From the NCBI RefSeq assembly GCF_042660085.1, contig NZ_JBHSTI010000022.1, positions 1-15,459 on the forward strand: a stretch of DNA of 15,459 bases, in the 5' to 3' direction. Both the position numbers and the translations under genes were made by a program. This document shows positions 7,911 through 14,828 of this stretch, piece by piece. This stretch comes from Longivirga aurantiaca (lineage in GTDB: Bacteria; Actinomycetota; Actinomycetes; S36-B12; CAIYMF01). The notes under the pieces are model-generated. The model made no database searches. It had not been told where the DNA came from and worked only from the letters and a program-made list of their open reading frames with translations. Numbering within the stretch: the first letter of the stretch is position 1; each line of letters starts with the position of its first letter.

Positions 7911-9329
7911 ATGAGCGACATCAAGACGTTCCTGCTGCCCGACGTGGGCGAGGGCCTCACCGAGGCCGAGATCCTGACCTGGCACGTGAAGCCGGGCGAC
8001 ACGGTGGTGGTCAACCAGACCATCGTCGAGATCGAGACGGCGAAGGCCGCGGTCGAGCTGCCCTGCCCATACGCGGGCACGGTGACCGAGGTCTACGTCT
8101 CCGAGGGCGACACGGTCGAGGTCGGCACACCGATCATCGCGATCGCCACGGGCGCAACAGGTTCCGCGCCTGAGCCCGCCCTGTCACCCGCGAGCGACAT
8201 CGTGCCCGCGGTCGCCGTCGAGCCCGACGAGGGCAAGCGCGAGGCCGTGCTCGTCGGGTACGGCGTCAAGCAGACCGGCACGCCGCAGCGACGCCAGCGC
8301 GTCCCGCATGTGACGCCGCACGGCGCGCCCGAGGTCGAGGTCGGCCCGCCCGGCGAGGCCGCGCGCCCGGTGCGCTACGGCAGCCTCGAGGTCGGTCGGC
8401 ACACCGAGGAGGTGCTGTCGCGCCGCAGCCCGGTGCTCGCCAAGCCGCCGGTGCGCAAGCTCGCCAAGGATCTCGGCGTCGACCTCTCCACGGTCGACCC
8501 CACCGGCGACGGCGGCACGCTCACGCGTGCGGACGTCGAGCGCGCGGCCAAGCTCACCGGTCTCGCGCCGTCCACTCGTCCGGCGTACGCCGGTGCCTCG
8601 CGCACGGTCGCGCCCGAGCGCACCGGCCCCCGCGAGGAGCGCACGCCGGTCAAGGGCGTGCTGAAGATGATGAGCGAGGCGATGGTGGCGAGCGCCTTCA
8701 CCGCACCGCACGTCACCGAGTGGGTCGAGGTCGACGTCACGCGCACGGTCGAGCTCGTGGAGAGCCTGAGGAAGCGTCCCGAGCTCGAGGGCGTGAAGGT
8801 CAGCGCACTGCTGCTGGTCGCCGCGGGGCTCATCCGCGCGGCGCGCGCGTTCCCCGGCGTCAACTCCACGTGGGACGGCGAGGCCGGCGAGGTCGTCACC
8901 AAGCACTACGTCAACCTCGGCATCGCCGCGGCGACGCCCCGCGGCCTCATCGTGCCCAACATCAAGGACGCCGACCGGCTCGACCTCGTCGGGCTCGCGC
9001 GGGCGCTGCACGACCTCGTCGACGTTGCGAAGTCCGGGAAGACGCCGCCCGCCGACATGGCGGGTGGCACGATCACGATCACCAACGTGGGCGTCTTCGG
9101 CGTCGACGGCGGGACGCCGATCATCAATCCCGGTGAGTCCGCGATCCTGGCGATGGGCCGAGTGGCCCTGAAGCCGTGGGTCGTCGACGGCGAGGTGCGG
9201 GCTCGGCACGTCATGCAGCTCACGCTGTCGTTCGACCACCGTCACGTCGACGGCGCGCTGGGCTCGCAGGTGCTCGCGTCCGTCGCCCGATTCCTGGAGG
9301 ACCCCGCCCTTGACCTCGTCCTCGGCTGA
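7911..9329 (+). CDS. dihydrolipoamide acyltransferase (E2) of a 2-oxoacid dehydrogenase complex
   Basis: RBS GAGGAGGG just upstream and ATG 7911, giving 472 aa. It has a lipoyl domain with lipoyl-lysine context EIETAKAAVELP, a peripheral-subunit-binding domain (VLAKPPVRKLAKDLGVDLSTV), and a catalytic domain with DHRHVDG. Confidence 0.93.
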   Translation: MSDIKTFLLPDVGEGLTEAEILTWHVKPGDTVVVNQTIVEIETAKAAVELPCPYAGTVTEVYVSEGDTVEVGTPIIAIATGATGSAPEPALSPASDIVPAVAVEPDEGKREAVLVGYGVKQTGTPQRRQRVPHVTPHGAPEVEVGPPGEAARPVRYGSLEVGRHTEEVLSRRSPVLAKPPVRKLAKDLGVDLSTVDPTGDGGTLTRADVERAAKLTGLAPSTRPAYAGASRTVAPERTGPREERTPVKGVLKMMSEAMVASAFTAPHVTEWVEVDVTRTVELVESLRKRPELEGVKVSALLLVAAGLIRAARAFPGVNSTWDGEAGEVVTKHYVNLGIAAATPRGLIVPNIKDADRLDLVGLARALHDLVDVAKSGKTPPADMAGGTITITNVGVFGVDGGTPIINPGESAILAMGRVALKPWVVDGEVRARHVMQLTLSFDHRHVDGALGSQVLASVARFLEDPALDLVLG

Positions 9330-10512
9330 CTCCCACCCGCACCCTTCGCGGCACCACGTGCCGGGCGACCCGACGACGGTCGCCCGGCTTCGTGCGACCC
9401 TCGCCGACTGGCTGACGCCGGACCACATCGGCTGGTCGGTGCGGCATGTGCGCGAGCTGCTGCCGACCGAGCGCATCCGATCGGCCGCGCAGCCGCGCGA
9501 GCTGCCGGAGCGGTTCGAGCCCACGCTGCTCGACCTCACGATCGAGGCGCACGACGGTCCGGTCGCGCTGCACGACCTGCTGCACGACGGCGAGCGCGAT
9601 GCCCTCGTCGTGCTGCACCAGGGCGAGCTCGTGCTCGAGTGGCTCGCGCCCGGTGTGCGCACCGACGAGCAGCACCTCGTCTTCTCCATCACCAAGTCGG
9701 TGACCGGTCTGCTCGCCGGCGCCCTGTCGTCGCGCGGCCTGCTCGACCTCGACGCGCTCGTGGTCGACGTCGTCCCCGAGGTCGCGGGCAGCGCGTTCGC
9801 CACCGCCACGGTCCGACAGCTGATGGACATGGAGGCGTCGTTCGCCTTCGTCGAGGACTACACGCCGGGGCCGGACCTCACGGCGTACCGGCACGCGGCG
9901 GGCTGGTACCCGGCCCCAGCGGGTGCCCCGGCCCTGCGCAACTTCCTCGCCACGCGTGAGCCGGACGGCGAGCACGGCGAGCGCTTCCGCTACCTCTCGC
10001 CGGCGATCGACCTGCTCGGCTGGGTGTGCGCTGCCTCGGCGGGCACCACGTGGGCCGAGGCGGTCGAGCGCTACCTCTGGCAGCCGGCAGGCACCGAGCT
10101 GGGCGCGCACGTCACGCTCGACCGCGAGGGCACCCCGCGCGCGGCAGGCGGGATGAGCGCGCTGCCCCGCGACGTCGCACGGCTCGGCCAGATCGTGGCC
10201 GAGCGCGGTGCGGGCCTCGTGTCGGAGGAGTTCGTCGACGACCTGCTCCACGCCGGGCACCGCGAGCAGTGGGCGCGCGGCGACTTCGCGTCGATGTGGG
10301 CCGACGGCGCCTACCGCTCGTGCTGGTACACGCCGAACATCGACCCCGACGTCGCGCTCGGCATGGGGATCCACGGTCAGATGCTGTACGTCGACGTCGC
10401 GCGCGAGGTGGTCGTCGTCGTCCTGTCGTCGTGGTCCGAGCCCGACGACGAGCAGTGGCACCTCGACAACCACGCCATCTGCCGCACGATCGCCCACACC
10501 GTCGGTGGCTGA
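9310..10512 (+). CDS. serine hydrolase, beta-lactamase fold (NylB/EstB-like esterase-amidase family)
   Basis: 400-aa ORF with the SxxK active-site motif in HLVFSITKSVTGLLAG. The region before it (DALVVLHQGELVLEWLAPGVRTDEQHLVFS) resembles, from memory, the 6-aminohexanoate-dimer hydrolase family. The start is uncertain: TTG 9310 (20-nt overlap with E2) or in-frame GTG 9358. Confidence 0.8.
   Translation: MTSSSADSHPHPSRHHVPGDPTTVARLRATLADWLTPDHIGWSVRHVRELLPTERIRSAAQPRELPERFEPTLLDLTIEAHDGPVALHDLLHDGERDALVVLHQGELVLEWLAPGVRTDEQHLVFSITKSVTGLLAGALSSRGLLDLDALVVDVVPEVAGSAFATATVRQLMDMEASFAFVEDYTPGPDLTAYRHAAGWYPAPAGAPALRNFLATREPDGEHGERFRYLSPAIDLLGWVCAASAGTTWAEAVERYLWQPAGTELGAHVTLDREGTPRAAGGMSALPRDVARLGQIVAERGAGLVSEEFVDDLLHAGHREQWARGDFASMWADGAYRSCWYTPNIDPDVALGMGIHGQMLYVDVAREVVVVVLSSWSEPDDEQWHLDNHAICRTIAHTVGG
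9361..9387 (+). terminator. GC-rich hairpin 32 nt after the E2 stop (possible attenuating/terminator-like structure, no U-tract)
   Basis: CCGGGCGACC (9361-9370) / GGTCGCCCGG (9378-9387) form a perfect 10-bp stem with a 7-nt loop. It lies inside the 5' end of the serine-hydrolase ORF. A stem of this size is roughly expected once by chance in a window this GC-rich, so only its position is suggestive. Confidence 0.25.
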
Positions 10513-10518
10513 GCGACT

Positions 10519-10580
10519 CGAGTCACTGCCCGAATGGTCGCTGAAGCGGTTCGTTCAGCGACCACATGGGCAGTGACTCG
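10519..10580. terminator. 62-nt near-perfect hairpin filling a convergent intergenic gap (putative bidirectional terminator or REP-like element)
   Basis: The outer stem is 10519-10531 CGAGTCACTGCCC / 10568-10580 GGGCAGTGACTCG (13/13). The inner stem is 10535-10545 TGGTCGCTGAA / 10554-10564 TTCAGCGACCA (11/11), with an 8-nt loop GCGGTTCG and a small internal loop. It is flanked by TGA 10510-10512 (+ gene) and the stop at 10589-10591 (- gene). Confidence 0.6.
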
Positions 10581-10588
10581 GAGCCCCG

Positions 10589-11434
10589 CTACGGCGTGAT
10601 GGCGAGGGCGGCGGGCACCCGCGCGGCGAGGTCGGCGTCGCCGGTCAGCTCGACCCTGGCCAGGACGGCGGGGTCGGTGACGTCGAGCCGCCCGGTGGTC
10701 AGTCGGGCGTACGTCTCCCAGTCGGTGCTGACGCCGATGGTCGGCTCGTCGACCGGCGCGATGTCGGCGCCCTTGCCGGCGGGCGTGACCTCGGCGTACC
10801 GCTCGAACTCGATCGGTCCGGTGACGGTGAGCCGGATGGTGGTGCCGGGTGGTGCCTCGACGTTCTTGGCGAGCATGAAGCCGAGCGTGCGCACCATCTG
10901 CACGGCGGCCACCTGCGCGCCGGCCGTCCTCAGGTTCGCCGGCAGCTGCACGGCGCGGCGGATGTCCTGCTCGTGCGTCCAGGTGTCGAACGTGCGCATC
11001 CGCACCATGCGGTCGAGCGGCACCGGCGTGCCGAAGACGCCCATCACCTCGGTCTCGAGGGTGAGCGGGTCGAGCGCCATGATCTGCCCGAGCCGCACGT
11101 CGGCGAGACCGGCGAGCTCGTCGCAGCACTCCTGCTGCGGCTGACCGCGGCGTACGTCGACACCGGTCTCGGTCAGCCGCCCGAAGTCGTTCGCGATGTG
11201 CGGGAAGCGCGACCAGTCGATCTCGTGCTCCGGCTGCGGCCGACCCGCCATGAACGACTCGATCCACGCGAGGTGGCGGACGACGTCGCCCGCGCTCCAG
11301 CCGGGGCACTCCGTCGGTGCCTCCCACTGCTCGGGGGAGAGCCGGCGGCCCAGCTCGGCGACGGTGTGCAGCGCGTCGTTCCACGCGGCGAGCAGCTCGC
11401 GCACGCCGTACGACTCCGCGGGAAGGGTGCTCAT
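10589..11434 (-). CDS. maleylpyruvate isomerase family mycothiol-dependent enzyme (DinB/MDMPI-like)
   Basis: ATG is the complement of 11432-11434, giving 281 aa. The N-terminal DinB/MDMPI pattern is ..SPEQWEAPTECPGWSAGDVVRHLAWIE.., and a C-terminal domain is present. The further 237 upstream codons in the track ORF (to 12145) are antisense to the synthetase gene and are not credible. Confidence 0.85.
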   Translation of the reverse strand: MSTLPAESYGVRELLAAWNDALHTVAELGRRLSPEQWEAPTECPGWSAGDVVRHLAWIESFMAGRPQPEHEIDWSRFPHIANDFGRLTETGVDVRRGQPQQECCDELAGLADVRLGQIMALDPLTLETEVMGVFGTPVPLDRMVRMRTFDTWTHEQDIRRAVQLPANLRTAGAQVAAVQMVRTLGFMLAKNVEAPPGTTIRLTVTGPIEFERYAEVTPAGKGADIAPVDEPTIGVSTDWETYARLTTGRLDVTDPAVLARVELTGDADLAARVPAALAITP

Positions 11435-11525
11435 GCGCCCCAGGCTAGACGCGGCCCCGCCCGTTCCCGCAGGTAATCCGGGCGTCGCGGCGGCCCAGGT
11501 CTCGGCGGGACCCGGCCGGGGCAGG

Positions 11526-12953
11526 ATGGGCGTCGTGACCCTCACGGCGCACTGGGTGCGCGGCTGGCTCGAGCGGCCGGACGACGTCGTCCTCGTCGAC
11601 GGCGACGACGGCTGGGCCCTGACGGGCGCGGCGATGGAGGCCGCCACGCACGAGCTCGCCGGCCGGCTCGCGGCAGCGGGCGTCGGCGCGGGGGACCGGG
11701 TCCTGCTGTCACGGTCGCCCTCGGTCGAGACGGTGCTGGCGTACGTCGCGGTCCTGCGGCTCGGTGCCGTCGTCGTCCCCGCCAGCACGGCGTACACCGC
11801 GCGCGAGCTCGCCCACATCGTCGGCGACGTGCGGCCGGTGCTCGCGCTGGTCGACGACGTCTCGCGCATCGACGGCGTGCGCGCGTATGGCGGCCGCCTC
11901 GACGACCTGCCACCGGGCGTCGCGGTCAGGCTCGACGCCGCGGTCAGCGACGACCTCGCGATGGTGGCGTACACCAGCGGCACCACCGGAGCGCCCAAGG
12001 GCGCGATGCTCAGCCACGGCAACCTGCTGGCGGGCGCACAGGCGCTGGTGCGGACCTGGGGCTGGACGCCGTCCGACCGCCTGCTGCACACGCTGCCGCT
12101 GTTCCACATGCACGGCCTCGGCGCGGGGCTGAACGGCTCGTTCACTGCGGGCGCCTCTGTGGTGCTCTCGCGCTTCGAGCCCGGGCTCGTGGTCGAGACA
12201 GCTGCGTCGTACGGCGCGACGCTCTACTTCGGCGTCCCGACCATGTACGCGAAGCTCGCCGAGTCCGGCTGTCTCGCCGGGCTGCGCGGGCTGCGGCTGC
12301 TCGTGTCGGGGTCGGCGCCGCTCGACCCGGTGCTGTTCGGCCGCATCGCCGAGGAGGCCGGGCAGGCGCCCGTCGAGCGCTACGGCATGACCGAGACGGT
12401 CATGCTCACGTCGAACGCCCTCGACGACCGCGTGCCCGGATGCGTGGGGTGCGCGCTGCCCGGAGTCCAGGTGCGGCTCGGGGACGGCGGAGCCGTGGAG
12501 GTCAAGGGCCCCAACGTCTTCCGCGGGTACTGGGAGCGGCCGGAGGCCTCGGCGGCGGCGTTCACCGACGACGGCTTCTTCCGCACCGGCGACATCGGCA
12601 CGCTCGACGACCAGGGCCGCCTTCGCCTCGTCGGCCGTGCGAGCGAGCTCATCATCACCGGCGGCTACAACGTCTACCCGCGCGAGGTCGAGGACGTGCT
12701 GCGCGAGCACCCCTCCGTCGCCGATGTGGCTGTGGTGGGCCTTCCCGACGCGACCTGGGGCGAGACGGTCGCAGCCTTCGTGGTGCCGACGGAGGCCGGA
12801 CTGTTCGACGCCGAGGTGCTTGCGGCACACGCGTCGGCGGGGCTCGCGGCGTACAAGACCCCGCGCACCTGGCTCGCGGTGGACGAGCTGCCGCGCAACG
12901 CGATGGGCAAGGTGCAGCGCGACGTCCTGCGCACCTTCCACCTCTCACGCTGA
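11526..12953 (+). CDS. AMP-dependent acyl-CoA synthetase/ligase (MatB-like; substrate unknown)
   Basis: Adenylate-forming motifs are YTSGTTGAPKGAM, FRTGDIG, GGYNVYPREVE and the C-terminal PRNAMGKVQR. It is 475 aa from ATG 11526. GTG 11535 is better spaced from AGGA 11523-11526 and is an alternative start. Confidence 0.9.
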   Translation: MGVVTLTAHWVRGWLERPDDVVLVDGDDGWALTGAAMEAATHELAGRLAAAGVGAGDRVLLSRSPSVETVLAYVAVLRLGAVVVPASTAYTARELAHIVGDVRPVLALVDDVSRIDGVRAYGGRLDDLPPGVAVRLDAAVSDDLAMVAYTSGTTGAPKGAMLSHGNLLAGAQALVRTWGWTPSDRLLHTLPLFHMHGLGAGLNGSFTAGASVVLSRFEPGLVVETAASYGATLYFGVPTMYAKLAESGCLAGLRGLRLLVSGSAPLDPVLFGRIAEEAGQAPVERYGMTETVMLTSNALDDRVPGCVGCALPGVQVRLGDGGAVEVKGPNVFRGYWERPEASAAAFTDDGFFRTGDIGTLDDQGRLRLVGRASELIITGGYNVYPREVEDVLREHPSVADVAVVGLPDATWGETVAAFVVPTEAGLFDAEVLAAHASAGLAAYKTPRTWLAVDELPRNAMGKVQRDVLRTFHLSR

Positions 12954-13015
12954 CACTGATCATTCCGTCGTTTCCCGGGCCAGGAAGCGACGGATCGATC
13001 AGTGCGCGCGAGGGG
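12954..13015 (+). repeat. palindrome-plus-tail repeat, copy B (best-preserved)
   Basis: Arms are 12954-12975 and 12983-13004 (19 Watson-Crick + 1 G:T + 2 mismatches of 22), with a 7-nt spacer at 12976-12982. The tail ends in GCGCGCGAGGGG at 13015. It starts 1 nt after the synthetase stop codon. Confidence 0.8.
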
Positions 13016-13031
13016 CTGCGAGGATGCGCGC

Positions 13032-13484
13032 GTGAGCATCTTCGAGGGCGACGACGAGACCGAGGTCGACCTCGGCCGGGTGTCCGAGCTGGCGTCGGCG
13101 GTGCCGCACGACCTGCGCCTCGACCCGCTGCGTGGGGCGATCGGCGCGCTGCTCGACGAGGCCGGCACCCGGGTCGGCACGATCGTCGCCGACGTCGAGG
13201 TGTGGTGGCGCAAGGAGGGGCTGCTCCGCAGACGCGACGTCGACCCGCGCGAGAGCGTGATCGTCGAGGTGTCGTTCGACCCCGTCGCCCTCGACGACGA
13301 CGGCTACCCGACGGTGCTGCCGTGGGTGGAGGCCTCCTTCGAGGCGGACGACGTCGAGGTGGCCGACCTGCTGTCCGGGCGGCTCGCCTACCCCGACCGC
13401 GACCTCGCGATCACGTGGTTCGGCGCGGGCGACGCCGCCCGCGAGCGCCTCGCGTGGCATACGCGGTTCGACGACCCTGCGTGA
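13032..13484 (+). CDS. hypothetical protein, acidic, no recognised domain
   Basis: GTG 13032 is preceded by GAGGA (13020-13024) at good spacing, and GC3 is near-saturated throughout, so it is very likely translated. It is 150 aa and rich in D/E (VSIFEGDDETEVDLG..., FDPVALDDDGYP, EASFEADDVEVADLL). The alternative GTG 13002 lies inside the repeat arm. I do not recognise any family. Confidence 0.7.
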   Translation: MSIFEGDDETEVDLGRVSELASAVPHDLRLDPLRGAIGALLDEAGTRVGTIVADVEVWWRKEGLLRRRDVDPRESVIVEVSFDPVALDDDGYPTVLPWVEASFEADDVEVADLLSGRLAYPDRDLAITWFGAGDAARERLAWHTRFDDPA

Positions 13485-13527
13485 CCCGCCGTACCGAACC
13501 CGGCGCGGCGCCGACCCCTTCCGTGAG

Positions 13528-13590
13528 CCGGATCAACCCGTCGCTTCCTGCCCCGGGATACGACGGATTGATCAGTGCGAGCGGTGGGGG
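13528..13590 (+). repeat. palindrome-plus-tail repeat, copy C
   Basis: Arms are 13529-13548 and 13556-13575 (16 Watson-Crick + 4 mismatches of 20), with a 7-nt spacer at 13549-13555. The tail TGCGAGCGGTGGGGG is at 13576-13590 and runs into a G-tract block. Confidence 0.75.
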
Positions 13591-13614
13591 TGGGCGGGCT
13601 GGGATGATGCGGGC

Positions 13615-14388
13615 ATGACGCGTGTGGCCCTGGTGCAGCTCGACTCCTCCGACACCGAGACGCCTGCCGACCGCCTCGACCGGGCGGCCGGGATCGTGGA
13701 GCGGCTCGTCGACGTCGACCTCGCAGTGCTGCCCGAGCTCTGGCACGTCGGCGCCTTCGACCTCGAGCTCGCGAAGGCCGAGGCGCAGCCGATCGACGGC
13801 CCGGTGGTCACGCGGATGCGGGCTGCAGCACGCACGGCTGGCATCACGCTGCACATGGGCTCGTTCGCCGAGGCGTCCGCCGGCAACCGCTACAACACCT
13901 CGGTCGTGATCGACGCCGACGGCGAGATCCTCGCGACGTACCGCAAGCAGCACCTCTTCGGCTGGGAGGACGGCGAGCCCTCGGTGATGACCGCGGGCGA
14001 CTCGCTCACCGTGCTGCCGACCGCGCTGGGCGCCACCGGCCTTGCCACCTGCTACGACCTGCGCTTCCCCGAGCTGTTCCGCCGGCTGGTCGACTCCGGC
14101 GCCGAGACGTTCCTGCTGTCGTCGGGGTGGCCGATCACCCGCATCGAGCACTGGCAGGTGCTCGCGCGAGCGCGCGCGATCGAGGACCAGGCCTGGGTCG
14201 TCGCGTGCAACGGCGCGGGGAACCACGTCGGCGTCCAGCTCGGCGGCCACTCGGTCGTGGTCGACCCGCGCGGCACCGTCGTCGCCGAGGCCGGCGTCGA
14301 GGAGGAGATCCTGTACGCCGAGATCGATCCGGCTGCGGCACGTGACTGGCGGATGGCGTTCCCCGTGCTGGCCGATCGCCGCCTGTAG
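13615..14388 (+). CDS. carbon-nitrogen hydrolase (nitrilase superfamily) family protein
   Basis: 257 aa. The catalytic-triad contexts are visible: LPELW (Glu), YRKQHLF (Lys) and ATCYDLRFPE (Cys). Confidence 0.92.
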   Translation: MTRVALVQLDSSDTETPADRLDRAAGIVERLVDVDLAVLPELWHVGAFDLELAKAEAQPIDGPVVTRMRAAARTAGITLHMGSFAEASAGNRYNTSVVIDADGEILATYRKQHLFGWEDGEPSVMTAGDSLTVLPTALGATGLATCYDLRFPELFRRLVDSGAETFLLSSGWPITRIEHWQVLARARAIEDQAWVVACNGAGNHVGVQLGGHSVVVDPRGTVVAEAGVEEEILYAEIDPAAARDWRMAFPVLADRRL

Positions 14389-14435
14389 CCCGTACGGCGG
14401 CTCCCGCTGCCGCACCCAGCAGGTGGGATGTGCCG

Positions 14436-14828
14436 ATGGGACTCCTCGACCGGCTGAAGCGCTCGAGGAACGACGAGGTCGACCCCGACGAGCGCTCGCC
14501 TCAGCTCGGCATCAAGTACAAGGACCTCATGGTCGTCGAGCAGATGGTGAAGGCCGGCGCCGACCTCTCAGAGCCGCGGCACTGGATCTACTACCTCTAT
14601 CTGCCCACCGAGGCGCTGGCCGAGGAGGCCGCGGTCGAGGCTCGGGCTGCGGGGTGGGGGACGGTGGTCCGTCCGAGTGCCGACGAGGCCTCGACCCAGT
14701 GGTGCGTGGTGGCCGAGCAGCACGACGTCGTCCTCACCCCTGCGCTGCTCACCGACGCCGACAACCTCTTCCAGGGCATCGCCGACCGGCTCGACGGCGA
14801 CTACGACGGCTGGGAGGCGTCGGTCTAG
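14436..14828 (+). CDS. RraB-like protein (regulator of ribonuclease activity B family)
   Basis: The core EPRHWIYYLYLP and the C-terminal DGDYDGWEASV resemble the RraB family (E. coli RraB has ..YDGWGT.. near its domain end). ATG 14436 is preferred because GGTGGGA at 14422-14428 is well spaced. The track start GTG 14430 is an alternative. Confidence 0.75.
   Translation: MGLLDRLKRSRNDEVDPDERSPQLGIKYKDLMVVEQMVKAGADLSEPRHWIYYLYLPTEALAEEAAVEARAAGWGTVVRPSADEASTQWCVVAEQHDVVLTPALLTDADNLFQGIADRLDGDYDGWEASV

Noticed and set aside
768-12145. N-terminal extensions given by the ORF track for the hydratase (768-1448), E1alpha (5732-5833), E2 (7761-7910), the synthetase (11196-11525) and the DinB-like gene (11435-12145)
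   Set aside because: The extensions overlap neighbouring genes or leaders and lack coding bias. Each is replaced by an internal start with an RBS and/or start/stop coupling that matches the family N-terminus.
12954-13590. Reading the two flanking palindromes as integron attC sites or as CRISPR repeats
   Set aside because: There is no integrase and no cas gene. The arm ends do not fit the attC core (RYYYAAC/GTTRRRY). Only two adjacent copies exist, and the sequence between them is a GC3-saturated host-like gene rather than a spacer.
288-13618. Alternative-frame + strand ORFs with Arg/Pro/Ala-rich translations (for example 288-734, 2525-3697, 4464-5750, 5740-6720, 12440-13618 and 14042-15418)
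   Set aside because: They are out-of-frame readings of the annotated genes or of intergenic DNA. They show no domain signatures, and the GC is highest at the wrong codon position.
13-14415. Very long antisense ORFs from the track (13-1317, 2562-3845, 4054-5487, 5615-6913, 6883-7809, 8184-9830, 9220-10497, 11709-12941 and 13411-14415, all on the minus strand)
   Set aside because: Each lies exactly opposite a + strand gene that has clear family motifs and saturated GC3. Their translations are low-complexity and R/A/G/V/D-rich with no motifs. These are the usual stop-poor shadow frames of high-GC DNA.
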